Part shown: in pieces, positions 55,361 to 64,000 of the stretch
Numbering within the stretch: position 1 is the stretch's first letter
How the letters are laid out: every line of letters begins with the position of its first letter
From: Thalia democratica
Taxonomy: Eukaryota
Length of the DNA stretch: 64,000 nt
Direction: 5' to 3'
NCBI GenBank assembly: GCA_965202585.1
Contig: OZ241831.1
Location: 12,524,001 to 12,588,000 of the forward strand
Notes under the pieces: generated by a model
The model's input: the letters and a program-made list of their open reading frames with translations, nothing else
Database searches by the model: none
What the model was told of the DNA's origin: nothing
Translations under genes and position numbers: made by a program

Positions 55361-58300
55361 TTAATCATGAAAGTGATTATTTTTAAGTAGCCCCTTTATC
55401 AGGACGTTCATCTTTTCATTTTGCAGAAATAAATAATCTGAACCAGTATTGTGAATTTACCAGTATTGCCACATAATCTGAAAGATGTTTTTGCTGCAAA
55501 ATGGCCACAGGTATATGAAAGAATGAGTGACCACTTAAGAAAGTGGAATAAAATTATATAATCAAGAGTCAAACAATGGGCATAATTTCAACAATGCCTA
55601 ATTGTTTAGATATCATTGTTAACAGGCTAAAAAAAAATATTTGATTGAATCTCATTTACTTTTGTACATTTAAAACTACAAATTCATGTCATTTAAGGTG
55701 TGATATGTTAAACTCGTATATTTTAACTTAGTAGAGTAAGTATAATTTTAACTTACTCAAAATTAATTAATCTCTATCATATATAGGGAACCAATAAAAT
55801 AATGCAAATCATTACTGTTAATTTATTAATTAGCTTACTTTTTAGTTATTTTGTTATAAATTTTTTAATAAGTTTTTTATCACATATAGTATAAAATTAT
55901 TTATTTTTCTTATTTTAAGTGTCAGGATAATCCAACATAACATGGTTGCCCAGTCTGAGACTGCCCAAGTTTATAAGAAAATAAAAATAAAAACCTGTGA
56001 TGGTCAAATTAAAAAAAAACTATAATCAAGCATTATTATCTAATTTTATATAAGTAATAATATAGGGACTTATGATAGTTAACTTTAAGGAAAAAATCAT
56101 AAAATTAACTTAAGATACAGAAAAAAAATTCAACGTAACCAAAGTTTTTCAAAATATTTCAACTAGCCAAAAGTTATCCCAAGTAGTCCAAAGTGTGTAA
56201 CAACCCTAACAAACCAACTTAAAAATTTATTTGAGCAAGAGTGAAAGTATAAATTAAAAAACTTTATCTAAAACTCCAACAAATGCTTGATTAATTATGA
56301 CAATTCTTCAATAACTTAATACGGAAAATTTGTCAAGAGTATTAAGCATGGATCTGAAGTTTCAAGTCCTTAAGCAAAGTGACTGTGCTATTTACCATTA
56401 ACAAAACTATCACTAATATCCTTGTGTTGTCACTAATAAACATTTACTGAACTAACATATGACTAACATAAACAAGTAAGATAAACAATTTTTTTTTTAC
56501 TTTTGAGTAGAGTTGCAAGAATTATATAAATAAAGAGTATTGATTACTCTACTAACATTTTAACATTATGCTTAAGTAATTATGTGACAATTTTATCTCA
56601 GAAAAATTAAAAACGGATAATTTTCTTCTTGTAGGTCTAGTGGTTATTATTTTTTCTTTGTTTAAAATCATTGATTTTTGATATATCAAGTTATGGGTTA
56701 GGGTACAAAAATGGAAAGGAAAATCCAAGTTTTTAATAAGGTGGATTAGAGGTACTGATTTTTGTTAGGTAATTAAGGTAGAAGTATAAATGGGTCTTTT
56801 TTTCTCTGGGGGCAGCATTTTATTTTTATTAGTTTTTTAGTTTTTTTTTTTACTTATAGTTTAGCAAAGTTTTACTTTAAGTTGCAAAAATAAATACTTA
56901 GTTATGTAACAATTCAAAGAAATACCAATTGCCATGAAAATACTTTTTGTTGTAAATATAAAAACTGAAGACTCTTATATTTTATTTAGCAAAATTTAAA
57001 AGATAAATGCTCAAATTGTTTAGCGTTTTATAATTTTTCTTATCATTTTCTAATAGATTTTTAGAACTTACTAATCGACCTAGTTTTAAGAGATAAATCA
57101 GTTAAGGTTTGACCTAAACTTAACCTTGGTCTTAAACTACAATACTAGATCATCTGTTTAATGAATTTTTATATCATCTGTTGAAGTGATCATGATTTTA
57201 TATTTTTCACTTAATTGTTGAACTTAATTGTTGCACTAAATGTTATTTTAGTACTACTTTAGATATTTGCAGTCTCAAATAAGTGACCTTAAACAGTTTG
57301 TTGTTTATTTAACACTTATTTCATACATTTAATTCTAAGAGGCTATTTTTTTGCAGTCAATTTTGAAAAAAGGTAAAAATAAATTTTTTAACTTGTTTTA
57401 AAACATTATGGAACTTAAAGTTTAGAACTATTTTATCCACTTAAAGTTAAAATATCAAAATTTATATAAATAACTTCCAGAGAGTTAAGTTTACTACTTA
57501 TTATAAAACTCAGAAAATAGGATAATTATTTTAATATTTCAAATAACTTGAGAAAAAATGTGTCAATTATACACAGCTAACTAACTTAAGTTTAAATCTA
57601 TAAAGTTTTTTTGAACAAACTCTATTAGATATTCTTTATATTAGAACAAACTTTGACTTCTACTGTATTGTATAATAATTGGTGCCATCATATCTACCTG
57701 AATTTAAGTTTACTTGCTGCATTGTTAATGTAAACATTATTCATTCTTTTAGTGATTATAAAACGATATAATTGCTATTGTTAAATTTTCCAGTTGAGTA
57801 TTTAATTAAAATCATCTTCTAAAAATTTAAATTATTAGCAAAGAAATCAATTTTTGTTTATGTGTAAGGGGGTTTACCATTTGTTTAATCCTACATTATC
57901 AATGGTGTGTAGGCAATCAAACTTAATTCATTAGGTTCCATATGGAATGTACAAACTAAAAAGGCAAAAAAAAAGACTATTTAATTGAAATTTTCAAGAA
58001 AATTAGCCATGCTTTTTAATACATTGCTTTTTAATAATTATTTACAAAACTGATCATATATGTTCATCAAGACATTTTTATTTAATAAAACTATCTAGTA
58101 GTATAGTATATAAATTATCATAATAAAGTTAATTAGTTTAGTTTTGTACAAAAATATTAAAACCCCTTACTTACAGCTAATAATTAATATGCAACTAGTT
58201 TATTTTTCAATTTTAAGATAATGATCTACATGTTTGAGAAAATCATTTGAGAAATTGAACCTTTTATTGATGTTCCTATTAAATGCAGTATAAATTTAAA

Positions 58301-61300
58301 ATTTGAAGCTGTATACTTAACAAGACAACATTATAACTTCTTTAAAACACTTTTCATCTTAGCTTAAAGGTTGTCAGAAAAGCCAATAACGATTTTAAGA
58401 CAAAAAAGTCACTGCTAGTCTTGTCAGCAGCAACCAAACAAAACCACTTGTATTGGCATCATATATACTTTTTGATTGATTGAGTGGCTCTTAAGAATTG
58501 GTTATATAATACTGGTGTTTACTACTTTTGAATGAGTTTATGGAAAAAAATTTAGAGATAAGTTACATATAAGAGACTTTAGGTTTAAGTTAATTGAAAT
58601 AAGGGTTTGGCTTGAAGTTATTAAGTAAAGGTATGCCAATGTTTAAAATAAAACAAATGTTAAATACAAAACAAACTGGGCACTTATATAACACTGCATA
58701 TAATTGAAGCAGTCTAAAAATAACAGGAAGTGCAACATATACAGAGTTTCCTATAAGTTACTTAATAAAAACATTTCATTTTTTTAAGAATATTTAGATA
58801 AAGTATTGATTTTCACTTAACTATTTAACTACTAGTAAAATTTAGTTATTAAAAGAAATCATGGTCATAAATTTTTCATTTAAAAATTAAACAGAAATAT
58901 TTACCAAGAAATAAATCTTAAAATTTTCAATATCAGAAATATTTATATGTAGAATAACTATACTGTTAATTTGTTTTAAAAGTTAGAATTAAATTACTAT
59001 AATATTATTAAATGATGTATTTTTACTAGATTGACCACTAGATTAAATGAAGTATTTTTTTGAATAAATAATATCTCGCCTGGAAAAAAAAAATTTAATG
59101 ATGATAATATTAACAAAGTTTAAGTAGTTTAATAAATTCTTTCAAAATCATGTTTTTAACAAAATAGTGACTATCAGTAGTTTAAAAATTGTTTGATTTC
59201 AGTTACTTTTAACTGTTTGTTATTATTATATAATCATTTGTAATTCAATACTTTTGCAATACTTTGATTCTATAATTTTTAAAAGCTATTTCTATAGTTC
59301 TTTAGCAATAAGTTCCAAATCGATAACTTTAACATATTGTTAATCACTTAAAATTCAGAAAATTAAAAACTTAACTTATAATATAGTTAAAATTTTAAAT
59401 TAAATTTTCAAACTCAAAACTAAATATATTTTGGGATCAAAAACACAGTTGATTGTAACCTATTTTTGTTCCATAACTTAACACTTTAAAATTTAAATTT
59501 TAACCTTTAGAAATAAGACATTATAAATTTAAGAAATTTAAGAAAGTTTGTCTAAAAACAATATTTTATGACTAATAGATGTTGGATTGATACAATAAAA
59601 ATATATATATAAATTGAGAAATTTAGTAGACTTAGGCGAAAAGTCTAAAGAGATAACAAGTAAGAACCTCAACAGGTGTTCTTAAAATTATGAAATCTCC
59701 TTGTACTTAGTATATAGTTTTGCCAAAATTACTCAGGGGGATACACCAATTGTTTATGAACATTATCTTCTGTTGGATAATTTTCAACCAAACACTACAG
59801 AAAAACTTGAACAAAAATATAAATTAAACGCATGCATTAAGATGTTAAGATACTAAGATAGATTCTTATAATGTAACTTAAATTATTAAAAATTTATAAA
59901 TCAATAACTTAAATTTTGGCTAGAATAACCATTTGTTTATAACAACTTAAGTTTAAGCTTTGTCAGAATCTTTTTATTACTTGTGTAATAAGAATTAAAA
60001 CTAAATCAAAAAAAAACCTTGCAAATAATATACACAGAAAATATTAAAATAAATGCATTCAGAATCCTTAGTAACAATATCATGCTTAGCAAATAGATAA
60101 AAACTAATCCAAGTTTATCAATAATTTACTACAAAGAGTTTAGTTAAGACTTTATGAGTACTTGAATAAATAAAGATTGGGTTACATTTACATGAGAACT
60201 TAATGATTAGCAAAATTAATTCATCACTTGAACATGCATGCTTAATATATAGTACCAAGAAAAACTGCTGACTATTAATAACTTTAAAGATATTTGCTTC
60301 AAGCTTTTAAAATTATATAATTAAATTGACATCCTTTAAAACAATGATTGAGAAAAATCAGTACAACTATGAATAAAACTTACAAAACACAAACTCAAAC
60401 ATATCTTTAAATGGATAATTAGAAACGCATTTATTTCATATAACCTGTTTGAAGTTCTTAATGAATAATGTACACAACTGCCTTTGGAGTTTAGGAACTT
60501 ATGCAGATTACAATGACAAATTAACTTCTGCTGGAGAGGGTTTTTACATAATAAATTTCCTAATGTCTTCAGTTACCGCCTAATTAATTTTTAAATCAGG
60601 GTGTCGCTAAAGAGCTTGCTCGAAAATTCTATACTGTTTCTGCCAATACCGGGAACAAAAGATTACAGCTGAACTGTTATAAATAAATATATAAATTAAT
60701 AAATAAATAAAGCTTACAGATTTGTATTAATTTGGTACGAAGGAAAAAACAACAGAAAAATGTTGTTATTTAATTTAGAAAATATCAAAAAATATTTTAA
60801 AAACATATCAAAAATTTTAAATTTATATAAAGGCTGTTTATTTTATACCAAGTGTTCATTAACTGATTAACTTAATAAATTTAGCAAACAAAGCCTTAAT
60901 ATTTTGTTAGAGGTTTTATTTTTATTAATACTACTCTTTTTGAAACAAAATGACAATGAAGTTGTTTTTTAAATTTTTTAGCTAAATTCAGATTTTGTGA
61001 ATTAAAACAAACTATATTAGCAGTTTTGATAAGGCTTCGTATGAAACTTCAATAATATTTTTAAAGTTTTAGTTTGCTTACAGAAACGAAAGGAGTTTAA
61101 AGGTCGAAAGTATAAATAAAACTTAAAAAAATAATATTTGTCTTGGAATTTTTTGTTTTGTTAATAACAACGTAATAAACCAGTTATTTTCGCATCTTTA
61201 TATTTTTGATTACTGATTATTTGACTAGTAACGAAAGCATTAGAGCAAGAACAAAAATTAAGTTAAGAAGCTTATTAACGTAGTTTAAAAACTAAAGCTT

Positions 61301-61539
61301 TTACTTTTAAATCTTATCCCTTAAATTAAAAAATAATAATAATAACTCCATAACCTTTAGTTTAAAAACACAAAATAGCTGTTTTTTTTTTTTTGTGTTT
61401 TTCAAATATTCAATTGTGACTGGTGCTTATATTTTTAAAATTACGTGTTAATAACTGCTAAACAATCTCAATTTAAAAATACCTCTTAAAATTGCAAAAT
61501 TACCTTTAACTTTGCGAGAACTGTGTATAAAATTAAGAA

Positions 61540-61810
61540 TACTCACAATTCTCACCAATTTTATTCCTATCAAATCAGTTTCAATTCAACCCGAACCAAT
61601 GCCCACTTAATCAATTCTCACCCGATAAATTCCCACTTGAATCAATTCTCGTCCGATAAGTTCCCAACCAATCATAATTAACACAAAATTCGATTTGCAC
61701 AAAGAGTCTTTTTTGCAAAGGAGTTACTTTTCCACGAATCAAGACTTTTTTATGACCGTACTTTTGCACAAAGCGTTATATCAGATATCGTTTTTTGCAC
61801 AACTGACATT
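61540..61810. repeat. Degenerate short tandem arrays (aattctcacc-like, then cttttgcac-like), probably decayed MITE arms
   Basis: Repeated caattctc/ccc units at 61540-61680. The ttttgcac units at 61690-61805 resemble the arms of 42170-42671. Confidence 0.45.
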
Positions 61811-62881
61811 TTTTAAATTAAGATAAAACTAAGCTGACAAAACTTGCCTTGAAACTTTAAAAAAGAAATTATCTAAAGTTGTGTTTTAATTAAATTTTGC
61901 TTCTTAAAAAATCGATTACGTATTAATATATAACTAAACTTAGATAAGATTTATACTACGTTTGACATATTATTTAAATAAAACTTAATAAAAGTAAAAT
62001 CTTATTCTAACTTTTAGTAGAATATAAACTACATTTTAAATTTTGTTTAAAAAAAATACAGACGATTCAAGAAACAATTTATTTAATTGAGTTTTGTATT
62101 CTTAGACTAGCATTACTGTTTTTATTTTGATAATCACTATTTTTCTACTACCAGGTCCAAACACCCATACTTAGTTATACGCTGTTAAAGCAAGATAGTC
62201 CTTGAAAGATAGTCTAACAATGTTATAACTTTTCAAGATAGCTTTACTGCTAAAAATAAATGCTATACAACCTTTTTTGTTTCACTTGGATTATAATTAT
62301 ACATTTTATTCTTTATTCTTAGCATTAAATTAAATTTTTAATATTTCTATAAAATATTATAAAACAACTTAATAAAAAGAATACAAATAAGGATAAAAAT
62401 TTTTAGCCTACCATTTTAAAATGATTTTATTTTATGTATTAAATACAAAATATTTTAAGATTAACTTACTTATAAAACAAAAAAAAACTGTAATAAACAT
62501 TAGAACACCAATATGTACATACGTTCTCTAACAAGTAGCTTCTTCAATAAACGGTAGATTGAGCTTGTAAAACATTAACTTATTATAACAAAAACGTATA
62601 AAAGTATTTACACAGGAATCTTGGTAGAATTTGTGTACAAAATAGTAACTTATTTAATTTTTTGCTAAAAACCCCACTTACAAACAAATTGGGGAACACA
62701 ATTATAAACTTGACGCATGATGGCGTAATAAGGGGTACAGGGCAATTTAAATTACCTCTAGTGTTGTTTTGGTTTTATATTAATGTATGCAGCTAGGTTA
62801 AACTTGAAAATAAATGGTTTTTTGATGCATGAGAAATAAATGTATACATGGCAGTTAACATTATTTTTTTTAAAACACAAA

Positions 62882-63000
62882 CAAGATCATGTACTGGACA
62901 AACCACTAAAAGGCATCCATGAAACGCAACTCGATAACCGAACGGTTCTTCGTGCACCAGGTTTACTTTGAACGTTTTTTTTTGTCGTTCAATAAAATAT
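62882..63000 (+). repeat. Short interspersed repeat, diverged copy
   Basis: actcgataaccgaacggttcttcgtgcaccagg core with a rearranged 5' part. Confidence 0.7.
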
Positions 63001-64000
63001 AACATTAAATAACAAAACTGATACTAAATTGTAATAAATTTAAAAAACTAAGTAGATTAAGTCTTAAATAAATCTTTTACAAAAGTGGTTAGTTTGATGG
63101 CGCGACGCGTCTGTTCTTAAACATAAGACATTTCATAAACTTAAACACATTATAAATAAACATAAAAGTCTGAAAGTCTTAAAAAAGTAAACTAACATAA
63201 AATGTAAAGCTGATTAAGTTATTTTTAAATTTATTAAATCTTTTAAGTTAATTTATTTAAATTATTCATAAAACATAAGAAAACTTATGTTTAAATAAAA
63301 AGTAAACATAAAATTGTTTAGAAAAGTACGAAGTCATGCGAATTACAGTGTTTTAGTTGGTACTTATGTAAAAGAACTTAGTTTTGTGAAACAGTTAAGA
63401 AAAAAAATGCATCAATCCAATAAAAACTATCATAGACAGTTTATACCTCTATCTAAATTTTTTTAACGAGTTAACTCTTTTCATGGGTTAATACCTGCTT
63501 TGCTTGTATTTAAGTTTAATTTGTAACTACCTACACAAAAATTTAAAATAGATATCTAATATTCTTTGAAAAATATACGGACAAACACACTACTTTAAGC
63601 TTAAACCAAATTCATTCTTACATTTGTAATATTACTTGTAGCAAAGATCTTTCAAAACGTATATTATTTTGTTCTTTCTCGGTTAGATGCAACATAGAAA
63701 AACTTGAAAAACATAATTCTTTTCAAAGTAAAGTTTGTTAGTTTGATTTTTTTTACAAGAAATTCTTTTAAGCTTTATTTAGATGCCTTAAAGACTATCA
63801 CGACTTTATTGTTTAGAAACTTTGCTAATAACAACTAAGTATAAAATCATAGAATGTTATGGAAATACTAGACAAAAAAAAAGATTAAAACATACTATAA
63901 GTTAAGCAAATAGTTATACAAAAAAAAAACTAATCTTAAAAGGCCACTAAAAATACCACGCTAGTAAAAGTTATGAAAAAAGAGTTCCCTATTATTCAGA

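Noticed and set aside
60455-60680. Two short coding-looking stretches
   Set aside because: Phases are incompatible, no homology recognised, and stops follow quickly.

Overview
AT-rich animal genomic DNA with spliceosomal introns. A tunicate or other invertebrate chordate is suggested by Cav1 features but is not provable here. 1-30 kb: a 5'-truncated L-type voltage-gated Ca2+ channel alpha-1 gene (Cav1, + strand). I traced 40 exons by hand with consistent phases (about 1,990 aa in the window, EEEE filter, IQ motif, PCRD/DCRD). It carries a duplicated, probably mutually exclusive IVS3 exon pair, a 30-nt I-II loop microexon, an atypical AID and the Ser->Ala change linked to dihydropyridine insensitivity. 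30.5-46.8 kb: a head-to-tail ~8 kb tandem duplication of a divergently oriented pair of unrecognised genes. One encodes an acidic CaaX-terminated protein and is intact in both copies. The other encodes a 188-aa acidic protein and is disrupted in copy 2. 52.4-53.9 kb: a two-exon beta-tubulin (- strand) with unusual residues clustered in the colchicine/benzimidazole pocket (K198, S248, G314-C315-Y316). The rest is non-coding, with several MITEs and a short interspersed repeat family.
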